A DNA stretch of 64,000 bases from an uncultured Candidatus Saccharimonas sp. (GCA_943358095.1 CALRGT010000001.1:450-64449), one strand, 5' to 3'; counted from the stretch's first letter, positions 9,136 to 18,146 are shown. Notes: generated by a model not told the origin, from the letters alone. A program made the numbers and translations.

Positions 9136-10080
9136 ATGTCAAAAATGATTCACACACCAGGACTCGTCAAAATTGACGACCACAACGATTCATCAGCAAC
9201 ATTCGTAATTGAACCATTGCATACTGGTTACGGTATGACTCTGGGTAACTCAATGCGACGCGTATTGCTATCTAGCATTGCTGGTGCAGCAGTTACAGCT
9301 TTCAAGGTTGACGGTGCCACACACGAGTTCACTACTGTCCCTTACGTCAAGGAAGACTTAGTTGACATCATGTTGAACCTCAAAAACATTAGATTCCGAG
9401 TATTTGGAGACGAACCTCAGATTATCCGTCTAACAAAGTCTGGTAAAGGCGTTGTCACAGCCGGTGATATCACTGTTAATGCAGACGTCGAAATCGTTAA
9501 CCCAGACCAAATTATTGCAACCTTAGACGACAGCAAAGCTAAGCTAGTCATGGACTTACAGGTTGAAGTTGGCCGTGGATATCGAACAGTCGAAGAAGGT
9601 GCTGAAAAGCGACACAGCGACATGATTGCTGTTGATGCTATCTTTAGCCCAGTTCTAAGAGTTCGTTATAAGGTAGAAAACACGCGTGTCGGACAAATGA
9701 CCGATCTAGACAAGCTATTGATCACAATAGATACAGACGCATCAATTACACCACGCGAAGCTTTTGAAGAAGCATCAGCAATTCTTGTTAACCAATACAC
9801 AGCACTAGCTGGTCAAACTACAGTCGACAACGGCTCTAGCAGCGCAGCAACTGGTACTGGAAGTGTTACAAATGCTGATGGAGACGACTCATCTGAACTC
9901 ATGACTTCTATTGAAGACTTGAACTTGACTGCTCGTACGACTAACGCATTGATCAATAACGAAATTCATACACTTAAAGATTTATTTAGCTTAAGCGACA
10001 GTGAGTTACGCGACCTTAAAGGTTTCGGAAACAAAGCCCTCGACGAAGTTAAGGATAAATTAGCGGAGTTGGAGCTTTAA
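9136..10080 (+). CDS. rpoA: DNA-directed RNA polymerase subunit alpha
   Basis: 314 aa; N-terminal dimerisation domain (FVIEPLHTGYGMTLGNSMRRVLLSSI) and C-terminal domain (LNLTARTTNALINNEIHTLKDL). Confidence 0.9.
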   Translation: MSKMIHTPGLVKIDDHNDSSATFVIEPLHTGYGMTLGNSMRRVLLSSIAGAAVTAFKVDGATHEFTTVPYVKEDLVDIMLNLKNIRFRVFGDEPQIIRLTKSGKGVVTAGDITVNADVEIVNPDQIIATLDDSKAKLVMDLQVEVGRGYRTVEEGAEKRHSDMIAVDAIFSPVLRVRYKVENTRVGQMTDLDKLLITIDTDASITPREAFEEASAILVNQYTALAGQTTVDNGSSSAATGTGSVTNADGDDSSELMTSIEDLNLTARTTNALINNEIHTLKDLFSLSDSELRDLKGFGNKALDEVKDKLAELEL

Positions 10081-10083
10081 ACC

Positions 10084-10572
10084 ATGCATCGTCACGGATA
10101 TAAAGGAAGAAAATTCGGAAGAGAACGCGACCAGCGTGAAGCTCTTATTAAGGGCCTAGCTGACTCGTTAGTAAAATACGAATCAATCGAGACTACTCTA
10201 CACAAAGCTAAAGAAATCGTACCTTATATGGAACGATTGATTACTAAAGCTAAAAAGGGTGATCTACATAATCGCCGACAGGTTATATCTAGCCTACAAA
10301 CACTTGAATCAGCTCATAAATTAGTTGACGAAATTGCACCGAAGCTTAAGGGACGCACCAGTGGACACCTTAGAATCACACGAACCGCTAACAGACGAGG
10401 CGACAACGCTCAAATCGCAAGAGTTAGCTTTGTAGACGATCTAAGTGCCGCTCCAGTAGCAGTTAAGGCAGCACCAGTTGTTGCTAATGACACTACAGTT
10501 GTTGCAACTAAAGCTAAGCCTGCTGTTAAGACCGTCAAAAAAGCAGTTAAAAAGACTACGGAGAAGAAATAA
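10084..10572 (+). CDS. rplQ: 50S ribosomal protein L17 with Ala/Lys/Val-rich C-terminal extension
   Basis: MHRHGYKGRKFGRERDQREALIKGLADSL... L17 core, ~45-aa low-complexity tail. Confidence 0.85.
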   Translation: MHRHGYKGRKFGRERDQREALIKGLADSLVKYESIETTLHKAKEIVPYMERLITKAKKGDLHNRRQVISSLQTLESAHKLVDEIAPKLKGRTSGHLRITRTANRRGDNAQIARVSFVDDLSAAPVAVKAAPVVANDTTVVATKAKPAVKTVKKAVKKTTEKK

Positions 10573-11033
10573 TGAAAACTTTTAGCGCCAAACCGGCTGA
10601 CGTTACACGAAAATGGTATGTTGTCGATGCTAGCGAAGTACCATTAGGCCGTCTCGCTACTGTCACTGCTAGTTTATTGCTAGGTAAAGGCAAGCCTACA
10701 ATCACATCACACGTTGATGGCGGAGATTTTGTTATTGTCATTAACTCTGATCAATTAGTAGTCACTGGTAACAAATTACACGACAAAATGTACTACCATC
10801 ACAGTCATTACCCAGGTGGACTTACAGAGACAAGACTTAGCGATAAGATTGCTAAAGACTCCACTACAGTCATACAGAAAGCTGTTCGTGGCATGTTGCC
10901 ATCAAACAAGCTGCGTGATGGTAGATTACAACGCTTGAAGGTTTATGCAGGACCAGAACACCAGCACGAAGCCCAGAAGCCAGAAACGATGTCACTTAGA
11001 ATCGCTTCTAAAATCAAGAAAGAGAGTAAATAA
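10572..11033 (+). CDS. rplM: 50S ribosomal protein L13
   Basis: KTFSAKPADVTRKWYVVDASEVPLGRLAT... canonical L13. Confidence 0.9.
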   Translation: MKTFSAKPADVTRKWYVVDASEVPLGRLATVTASLLLGKGKPTITSHVDGGDFVIVINSDQLVVTGNKLHDKMYYHHSHYPGGLTETRLSDKIAKDSTTVIQKAVRGMLPSNKLRDGRLQRLKVYAGPEHQHEAQKPETMSLRIASKIKKESK

Positions 11034-11440
11034 TGGCAACTAAGACAGCTAACAATTATTTTTACGCATTAGGCCGACGTAAACGCGCTACAGCTCGTGT
11101 ACGTTTATCTGGTGGTAAAGGTGTTATTACTATCAATGGCAAGCCTGCAGATGAATACCTAGCTTCAAGCAAGTACTTAATGAATGAGCTCGAAAAGCCA
11201 TTTACAGTATTAGAAGAGCTTAAGAAATTTGATGTAAGCGCTATGGTAAGTGGCGGTGGCCCAAGTGGTCAGGTTACAGCGATTCAACTTGGTATTGCTA
11301 AAGCATTGGTTGTCATGAATGACGATCTAAAAGCTACGCTTAAGCGAGCTGACTTGCTTAGTCGCGATCCTCGTGAGCGTGAACGTAAGAAGTTCGGCCT
11401 TAAGGGCGCACGTAAACAGAGACAGTTTACAAAGCGTTAA
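11033..11440 (+). CDS. rpsI: 30S ribosomal protein S9
   Basis: 135 aa; C-terminal KGARKQRQFTKR S9 signature. Confidence 0.9.
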   Translation: MATKTANNYFYALGRRKRATARVRLSGGKGVITINGKPADEYLASSKYLMNELEKPFTVLEELKKFDVSAMVSGGGPSGQVTAIQLGIAKALVVMNDDLKATLKRADLLSRDPRERERKKFGLKGARKQRQFTKR

Positions 11441-11456
11441 TACACGAACATTACTA

Positions 11457-11485
11457 AAAGGACGGTTTCGACCGTCCTTTTTTGA
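11457..11485 (+). terminator. Rho-independent terminator after rpsI
   Basis: AAAGGACGGT-TTCG-ACCGTCCTTT hairpin followed by TTTTT. Confidence 0.7.
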
Positions 11486-11668
11486 TTCAATCCGTTTAAC
11501 AGTAATAGGATTTCTTAAGATGCCATTTGTTGACGAATTAGTATATATAAGGTATATTCAATCTGTAATGACACAAAACAATCAAGGTTATCGAACATTC
11601 TGGTTTACGCACTCTACTACGGCGGTTGTTCGAGCGTATAGCGCATAATTAATCAAACAAGTTCACAT

Positions 11669-11693
11669 CAACCGCCAACAAGGCGGTTTTTTA
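11669..11693 (+). terminator. Second intrinsic terminator immediately upstream of pheA-like gene (candidate attenuator)
   Basis: AACCGCC-AACAA-GGCGGTT stem-loop followed by TTTTTT; upstream segment GGCGGTTGTT (11616-11625) can alternatively pair with the 5' arm. Confidence 0.55.
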
Positions 11694-11712
11694 ATTTAAA
11701 CAGGAAAGAAAT

Positions 11713-12573
11713 ATGAAAGAACGAATCGGTATACAAGGATCAAAAGGAGCATTTCACGAGATTGCTGCTATACAGTTGTTTGGCAAAAAACAACAGATTA
11801 TATATATCGACACCTTCGAAAAGTTATTTTCTGATTTAAATCGCGGACTAATCGACAAAGCGGTAGTTGCCATGACTAACATTCAAGTAGGCTTTATTGA
11901 TGAACCTCACAAAGAGCTAATAGCTAACAGTTCGAAGTACTGGATTAGTGGAGAAACATACGTTGCGGTTGCTCACCAACTACTCGCACTTCCAGGAACA
12001 AAACTAAGCCAGATTAAGCACATTCACTCCATGGCGCCAGCACTACAGCAGTGTTCGCACACCCTTAGGCATCTATTGCCTAATGCAGAGCTAATCGAAG
12101 AGGCAGATACGGCATTAAGCGCAGAACTGGTATCAAAATTAAATAGTCATCATCATGCAGCAGTTGCTAGCAAGCGAGCTGGCGAAATTAACGGTTTGCA
12201 GGTGATTAGCGCAAATGTTCAAGATCGTAAAAAGAATATAACCAGGTTCCTCGTATTAGAAGCTAGATCAAACCAATTAAAGGATAGAGGTAGCAAGACA
12301 GACAAAACTACTATGCTCCTTGAGACTCCTAATAAAAAGGGCGCCTTATTTAAGGCCCTACTTATTTTTTGGATGAATAGTATCAACATCACTACTCTAC
12401 ACTCGTCATTCGTAGAAGATTCAGATTTTAATGAGAAGTTTTATATAGAGTATGACGCCGGAATCTGGCGAAAGAAATCTAAGTTACTGATAAAATTCTT
12501 GACCCTTTTGGGCAACAAAGTAACGATATCAGGCAGTTATACCAACGAAAACATCAATCTTCACACTAAATAA
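11713..12573 (+). CDS. pheA: Prephenate dehydratase (catalytic PDT domain + C-terminal ACT domain)
   Basis: 286 aa; TRF motif (KNITRFLVLEA) and ACT-domain segment (TMLLETPNKKGALFKALLIFWMNSINITTLHSSFVED) characteristic of PDT. Confidence 0.65.
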   Translation: MKERIGIQGSKGAFHEIAAIQLFGKKQQIIYIDTFEKLFSDLNRGLIDKAVVAMTNIQVGFIDEPHKELIANSSKYWISGETYVAVAHQLLALPGTKLSQIKHIHSMAPALQQCSHTLRHLLPNAELIEEADTALSAELVSKLNSHHHAAVASKRAGEINGLQVISANVQDRKKNITRFLVLEARSNQLKDRGSKTDKTTMLLETPNKKGALFKALLIFWMNSINITTLHSSFVEDSDFNEKFYIEYDAGIWRKKSKLLIKFLTLLGNKVTISGSYTNENINLHTK

Positions 12574-12585
12574 GGGATACAAATT

Positions 12586-12777
12586 ATGTCAGAATTCGCG
12601 CCACCACCATTTTTCATGAGCCCCGAAGCATTAGAATTAAGTATAAAACGAAATGCAGACGCCGGATGGGGCGGTCTAGACGCTCCAAGACATTCAATAT
12701 CATTTGATACGATTAGAACTCTAGGACATTTAGTTGACGCCCCAATAGAGCCTGTAAACGAGCCTAAGCACGATTAG
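12586..12777 (+). CDS. Hypothetical small protein (63 aa)
   Basis: ORF with plausible RBS (AAGGGA) 10 nt upstream; no recognisable motif. Confidence 0.3.
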   Translation: MSEFAPPPFFMSPEALELSIKRNADAGWGGLDAPRHSISFDTIRTLGHLVDAPIEPVNEPKHD

Positions 12778-12834
12778 TAGGAGCCATAATAAGACTAACT
12801 TGCACAACGCAAGGTATTAACGGATACTATACGT

Positions 12835-13869
12835 ATGAATAAACCAGTAATTCTAACAGGTCTACGAGCAAATAATCAACTTCATCTAGGCAATTATCTA
12901 GGTGCTATTCAGCCTATGGTCAATCTACAGTCGACTCATGCCGGCGAGTATCAACTAAACATGTTTATACCTGACCTGCATAGTTTCACTACACCTATCG
13001 ATCACAAGCAACTATATCGGCAGGTTATTGATAGTCTTAAGATTTTTGTTGCGGCAGGACTAGACATTAATAATCCGGATACTTTTATATATCGCCAGAG
13101 CTATATTCCTGCACATAGTGAACTTACTTGGATATTAGATTGTTTCACATATTTTGGTGAAGCTAGCCGAATGATTGAGTTCAAAGATAAGTCGACTAAA
13201 GCGGGATCAGATACAGTTAGCGTCGGACTTTTTAATTATCCCGTATTAATGGCTGCAGATATTCTTTTATATGATGCCAAGTTCGTGCCAGTTGGAGAAG
13301 ATCAAAAACAGCATTTGGAATTGGTTCGTAATTTAGCTACAAGGTTTAATAGTAAATTCGATAAAGATATATTTACACTTCCGGAACCTTGGGATAAACA
13401 GATGGAGTTTTCAAATCGCGACAGTGGATTAAGAATTCGATCACTTCGTCACCCCGACAGCAAGATGAGTAAAAGTGTGGAAGATCCTGCAGGGACTATA
13501 ATGCTAAACGACGACCCTGAATTGGCCGCAAAAAAGGTCATGAATGCAGAGACTGACTCTATAGGTTCAATTCATCTAGACTGGGAGAAGCAGCCTGGAA
13601 TAAGCAACTTACTACAAATACTGGCCTCACTATCTAGCAGAAAACTAACGGAAGTTGCCGCCGAATGGGAAGGCAAAAGCAGCTATGGTGAACTCAAGAA
13701 ACAAGTCGCAGAACAAGTTATTCATTTCTTGCAGAATCTTCAAACCAAATTGTCCACTATTAACGAAGGTGAAATAGTCAAAAAACTAGAATCAGATGAA
13801 GTCGCCATGACAAAAGTAGCTAATGCAAAATTATTAGAGGCCCAAAAAGCAGTAGGCTTGAGGGAGTAA
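12835..13869 (+). CDS. trpS: Tryptophanyl-tRNA synthetase
   Basis: Class I aaRS: HLGNYLGAI (HIGH-type) and KMSKS motifs present; 344 aa. Confidence 0.85.
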   Translation: MNKPVILTGLRANNQLHLGNYLGAIQPMVNLQSTHAGEYQLNMFIPDLHSFTTPIDHKQLYRQVIDSLKIFVAAGLDINNPDTFIYRQSYIPAHSELTWILDCFTYFGEASRMIEFKDKSTKAGSDTVSVGLFNYPVLMAADILLYDAKFVPVGEDQKQHLELVRNLATRFNSKFDKDIFTLPEPWDKQMEFSNRDSGLRIRSLRHPDSKMSKSVEDPAGTIMLNDDPELAAKKVMNAETDSIGSIHLDWEKQPGISNLLQILASLSSRKLTEVAAEWEGKSSYGELKKQVAEQVIHFLQNLQTKLSTINEGEIVKKLESDEVAMTKVANAKLLEAQKAVGLRE

Positions 13870-14756
13870 TGATTAAGTACGTTGTAGACATTGACGAAGT
13901 TGGCTTTAGATTGGACGCTTCAATTGTTGCTAGACTTAGCGTACTTAGTCGCGCGTCTGTACAAAAATTATGTAGACAAAAACTCGTCAAAGTTAACGGT
14001 GAAATTCCAAAAATTAGTTACAGGCTAAGACTAGGCGACGAAGTCGTAGTTGACTATGATGTCGATGCCGTACAGATCATTCCCGAAATTGATTTACCGA
14101 TTTTATACGAAGATGACGACTGCGTAGTCATAAATAAGCCTGTAGGCCTGCTAACACATAGCAAGGGTTCGTTTAACCCTGAAGCCACCGTAGCCACATG
14201 GCTAGAACCAAAACTCACCCAAGATTTACCTGCCAGCCAAAAAGAAGAGCACCACTCCAGATCTGGTATCGTACATCGACTAGACAGAGCCACTAGTGGT
14301 GTTATGATTTGCGCAAAAAATCCTGAGGCTTTAAGCTGGCTACAAAAACAATTTTCTGAGCGCAGAACAAAAAAGACTTACGTTGCAATCATACAAGGTG
14401 TCATGGAGCCAGAAAAAGCTGTAATTGATATGCCGATCGAGCGCAACCCAAAGAAGCCACAGACCTTTAGAGTAGGGCCAAATGGAAAGCCGTCTATCAC
14501 AGCCTACGAAGTTATGCAGGTAAGCAACGAGCATACTATGCTTAAATTATCGCCAACGACAGGCAGAACTCATCAGTTAAGAGTACATTTGAACTTTCTT
14601 AAAAAACCTATAGTGGGTGATCTTATGTACGAAGGGCAATCAGCAGATAGATTATTTTTACACGCGCTTAGTCTAGAGATAACGCTACCCAACAGAAAAC
14701 GCAGAGTATTCAAAGCACCTCTTCCTGATGAATTCAAAACGTTTATGAACGACTAA
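13869..14756 (+). CDS. rluD: RluA-family 23S rRNA pseudouridine synthase (RluD/RluC-like) with N-terminal S4 domain
   Basis: Catalytic motif HRLDRATSGVMICAKN; S4-like N-terminus; 295 aa. Confidence 0.75.
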   Translation: MIKYVVDIDEVGFRLDASIVARLSVLSRASVQKLCRQKLVKVNGEIPKISYRLRLGDEVVVDYDVDAVQIIPEIDLPILYEDDDCVVINKPVGLLTHSKGSFNPEATVATWLEPKLTQDLPASQKEEHHSRSGIVHRLDRATSGVMICAKNPEALSWLQKQFSERRTKKTYVAIIQGVMEPEKAVIDMPIERNPKKPQTFRVGPNGKPSITAYEVMQVSNEHTMLKLSPTTGRTHQLRVHLNFLKKPIVGDLMYEGQSADRLFLHALSLEITLPNRKRRVFKAPLPDEFKTFMND

Positions 14757-14757
14757 G

Positions 14758-15624
14758 ATGGACTTGGTACTTCACGAGCACACCAATGATCAGGTTAAAT
14801 CTTTTATAGACAATCCAAGTCATGCATTAATATTGATAGGGCAAAACGGAACAGGAAAGGGTTATCTAGCAAAATATATTGCCACTCAATTACTCGGATT
14901 AAATAGTGATGAGTTAAATAGCTACCCTTTTTATAGTCGCTTAGAACCAACAGACAACGTCATCGCCATAGAATCAATCAGAAAAATTCAGAAATTCGTC
15001 CAGTTAAAATCAATAGGTTCAAAAAAGATAAGACGAGTGCTAATACTTGATGATTCGCATTTGATGACTACAGAGGCGCAGAATGCTTTTCTTAAAATAC
15101 TGGAAGAACCACCAGAAGATACGGTGATTATTATGTCGGCAATATCAGATAGGTCGCTGTTGTCTACTATCTTTTCACGTGCTCAATCGATTTACGTCAA
15201 AAATCCTTCACTTGTCACCGTAACATCACATTACACAAACATAGGTTTCTCAGAAGATGAAATCAAAAAGAACTACTACGTAGGCGATGGAGGAGTCGGT
15301 CTTATAAACTCTTTACTAAACAACGAATCAGATCACCCCTTAGTCAATAGTATTGCTGTCGCTAAAAGTATTGTATCGGCGTCAATGTTTGATAGGTTAG
15401 TGATAGCCGAATCACTTTCTAAGCAGAAGGATCAGGTTCCAGACGTTCTATTTGCTCTTAAAAGAGTCTACAGAGCGGTGATGGTTCAGGCGGGTAAGTC
15501 TGGAGGAATAACTCAGATTAAGCGGAGCCACAACGCACTAAGTAGAATCACGGACAGTGAGGCTCTTCTGTCTAGCAGCACCAACACTAAGCTGCTATTG
15601 ACAGACTTGTTCTTAAATATCTGA
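14758..15624 (+). CDS. holB: DNA polymerase III delta-prime subunit-like AAA+ protein
   Basis: Walker A-like GQNGTGKGYLAKYIA, DxxH-type box (LILDDSHLMT), sensor region (SRAQSIYV); 288 aa. Confidence 0.55.
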   Translation: MDLVLHEHTNDQVKSFIDNPSHALILIGQNGTGKGYLAKYIATQLLGLNSDELNSYPFYSRLEPTDNVIAIESIRKIQKFVQLKSIGSKKIRRVLILDDSHLMTTEAQNAFLKILEEPPEDTVIIMSAISDRSLLSTIFSRAQSIYVKNPSLVTVTSHYTNIGFSEDEIKKNYYVGDGGVGLINSLLNNESDHPLVNSIAVAKSIVSASMFDRLVIAESLSKQKDQVPDVLFALKRVYRAVMVQAGKSGGITQIKRSHNALSRITDSEALLSSSTNTKLLLTDLFLNI

Positions 15625-15640
15625 TATAATACTTTTTAAG

Positions 15641-16294
15641 ATGTATGCACTAGTACTCATATTGATTTTCGGATTATTCGCGTATCGTAATTCTACTATT
15701 CGAGATGAAGCAGATAACCCAATTGCTAGTAAGGTTAGCGATAAGCTAGGTAAGCTCTGGGACATAGCGCATCAAGGGATGCGAGAAAATCGTTTCTTAA
15801 GAGCAGAGAAGGCGCTTTTGACTATTCTAAAAATAGACGAGCGCAATGCAGCCGCCTATAACCGGCTTGGAATTTTATACGCAAAACAAAAAGAGTACAA
15901 AGATGCAATCGATTGTTTTGAGATAGCCTCTAGTATCGAAGCTACATCATCAAGTCTTCATAACCTAGGACTTATTTATTATGAAACTGAAAATTATAGT
16001 AAAGCCGCTATTGCCTTTGAGCAGGCCTTAAAATACGAGGATACTATGGCTGCCCGGCATATTGCCTACGCTAAAGTTCAAGAGAAACTAGGAAACATTA
16101 AATTAATGATTCATGAACTAGAGATAGCTTCAGAACTTGAGCCCAACCAAGAAACTTACACGCTTCTACTTAAGGCCTATGAGAGCAACGATATGACCGC
16201 AGACGCCGATATAGTAAGGCACAAACTCAGAAAGGCCACCAGCTCAACCACTAGGCCTAAAAGAGTGTTGCGACCTAGACGCGTTATAGTTTAG
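15641..16294 (+). CDS. TPR-repeat protein with N-terminal membrane anchor
   Basis: N-terminal hydrophobic helix then repeated TPR-like AxxYxxLGxxYxxxxxYxxA segments. Confidence 0.55.
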   Translation: MYALVLILIFGLFAYRNSTIRDEADNPIASKVSDKLGKLWDIAHQGMRENRFLRAEKALLTILKIDERNAAAYNRLGILYAKQKEYKDAIDCFEIASSIEATSSSLHNLGLIYYETENYSKAAIAFEQALKYEDTMAARHIAYAKVQEKLGNIKLMIHELEIASELEPNQETYTLLLKAYESNDMTADADIVRHKLRKATSSTTRPKRVLRPRRVIV

Positions 16295-16320
16295 GTAATA
16301 AGGTCTAAATACTCACAACA

Positions 16321-16635
16321 CTAGTAAACACATATGCGTTTTTTAGCAGCGTCTGATAGGTATGCAACAACATCCTTTTTAAGTATCTTTTTTGCAACAG
16401 TGTTTGTAGAAGGCGCTGAATACATAGCCACCGCCCCATCGACCCATCCACACTGAACAATGGTGTCTTCATAAAAAGTCACGTAACCGTTATAATCGGC
16501 TTTGCGTTTTTTTAGAATGGTACTTTCAGAGATTCTGTCTATATGGTTATTGTAGGTGTAGAGGCCTAGTCCAACAAATGATAGGATAATCAAAAGAGCT
16601 ACCAGGTTATGAATATTTTTTCTTAATCGTTTCAT
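16321..16635 (-). CDS. Hypothetical small membrane-anchored protein
   Basis: 104 aa, N-terminal TM helix (LVALLIILSFVGLGLYTY); no motif. Confidence 0.35.
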   Translation of the reverse strand: MKRLRKNIHNLVALLIILSFVGLGLYTYNNHIDRISESTILKKRKADYNGYVTFYEDTIVQCGWVDGAVAMYSAPSTNTVAKKILKKDVVAYLSDAAKKRICVY

Positions 16636-16780
16636 TCTATGATTTTAGCATTGTCTTATGCTTATCGTCGATTAATACAAATCGCAGGGCGTAGGTTAGT
16701 GAGTAAACTCGCTCGTTCGCAGGACACAACACATTGCACCCAAACCAAATAAAAATACCCTCCTTTGGAGGGTCATTCTA

Positions 16781-16796
16781 TTTGGTGCAGGGTGTA
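16781..16796 (-). repeat. 16-bp direct repeat of the tRNA-Tyr 3' end (TACACCCTGCACCAAA), with its own flanking GC hairpin
   Basis: tttggtgcagggtgta at 16781-16796 is identical to 16945-16960 inside tRNA-Tyr; each copy is preceded by a GC-rich hairpin. Confidence 0.6.
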
Positions 16797-16946
16797 AACT
16801 GGCGCACATTAATCTGTACGCCGAGAAGATTCTCGGGTAACAGACTAATGATCGAACCACCGAAGTATTGCGAGTAGACTCGCAACTTCGTAAGTGGGAA
16901 TCATATCTGCACAAAAGCAAAACCCCTCTTGCGAGGGGCTTCACTT

Positions 16947-17033
16947 TGGTGCAGGGTGTAGGATTCGAACCTACGAAGGCGTAAGCCAACAGATTTACAG
17001 TCTGCCGTGTTTGACCGCTTCACTAACCCTGCA
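16947..17033 (-). tRNA. tRNA-Tyr (anticodon GTA), long variable arm, CCA encoded
   Basis: Reverse complement folds as cloverleaf: acceptor GCAGGGT/ACCCTGC, anticodon loop CUGUAAA, T-loop GGTTCGAATCC, 87 nt. Confidence 0.85.
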
Positions 17034-17168
17034 TGCTTTTGATCACTCAAAAGCATCTAACATTTTTCATTTGCCATTGATCAGGGATGGAATAGAACCA
17101 TTTATAATTAATTCCATCAATGTTAAATGCTAAATGATCAATGGTCAATGTTTTGATTAATCAAAACT

Positions 17169-17243
17169 TGGAGCCACCTGTCGGATTTGAACCGACGACC
17201 CACGGTTTACAAAACCGTTGCTCTACCACTGAGCTAAGGTGGC
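17169..17243 (-). tRNA. tRNA-Thr (anticodon TGT), CCA encoded
   Basis: Reverse complement GCCACCTTAGCTCAGTGGTAGAGC...anticodon loop TTTGTAA...GGTTCAAATCC...CCA; 75 nt. Confidence 0.85.
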
Positions 17244-17315
17244 GCATTAACAGACAACAGTGTAGCAAATGTCGGCAAGATTTGCTACTATAACAGGGCA
17301 TAAAATTATAATAAT

Positions 17316-17390
<75 letters not shown>

Positions 17391-17412
17391 TAATTGACTA
17401 TTTGTTAAATCC

Positions 17413-17727
17413 ATGACATTATCTTTGAATATGTTTAACCCAGAAGAAGTAGATACTTTCGCTAAATCAGAACGATTACACAGGCGTCAAGATACACTTG
17501 GGCGCATAGCTACGCGATTTATTGCAGGCGGCGCTGGACTAGGTATAATTGCCGGGAAATCTGAAATAGTATCTGGAGCTGGGTTGGCTGTTTTCGGAGT
17601 TGGAGTCCTAGCGACAGATCTTTGGTTTTTTACCAAGCTAGATACACGTGAACTTGATCGCGACAATAAGAAAATGATTAACAGTGTCTTGGTCGAAGCT
17701 GAAGATTTGACGCGAAATTCACATTAG
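17413..17727 (+). CDS. Hypothetical membrane protein
   Basis: 104 aa with Gly/Ala-rich hydrophobic segments (FIAGGAGLGIIAG, GAGLAVFGVGVLATDLWFF). Confidence 0.35.
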   Translation: MTLSLNMFNPEEVDTFAKSERLHRRQDTLGRIATRFIAGGAGLGIIAGKSEIVSGAGLAVFGVGVLATDLWFFTKLDTRELDRDNKKMINSVLVEAEDLTRNSH

Positions 17728-17801
17728 CGACTTGGCAAAGACACGCTCATCTGTTACAATATTGTGAATCGTATAAATAAATTGCATAAAGGCATAAAAT
17801 A

Positions 17802-18008
17802 ATGGCTAAAAAAGGTGATAAAAGAAAATTAGTAGGACTTGTTTCTGAAGAAACTGGTCACCGACATTACTATACTTCTAAGAACACTCAAAATACTCCT
17901 GATAAGCTACGTCTTAAGAAGTACGACCCTATTGCGCGCAAACACGTTTTTTACTCAGAAACCAAGAAAAGCCTTGGCCGAAACGAAGTAAAGCCTCGTA
18001 AACACTAG
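17802..18008 (+). CDS. rpmG: 50S ribosomal protein L33, Cys-less (non-zinc) form
   Basis: [56 protein letters not shown] matches the L33 consensus with all four Cys replaced. Confidence 0.8.
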   Translation: MAKKGDKRKLVGLVSEETGHRHYYTSKNTQNTPDKLRLKKYDPIARKHVFYSETKKSLGRNEVKPRKH

Positions 18009-18111
18009 AGACAAGTAATACAGAACATTTAACCCATTACAAAAGTAGTGGGTTTTTTAATTGCTGGGCCTATACAAGACATAGTTATATCTTATTCCAA
18101 ATGCTCTGTAA

Positions 18112-18146
18112 GCAAAAACCCGAGCACAATGCTCGGGCGTTTTGCT
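18112..18146. terminator. Bidirectional intrinsic terminator between rpmG (+) and tRNA-Trp (-)
   Basis: CCCGAGCA-CAAT-GCTCGGG stem flanked by A-run on one side and T-rich tract on the other. Confidence 0.6.

Noticed and set aside
11373-11648. 91-aa ORF overlapping the 3' end of rpsI
   Set aside because: Its 5' two-thirds is an alternative frame of rpsI and is read through a strong terminator. Only the 3' part from ATG 11521 was kept, as a candidate leader peptide in findings.
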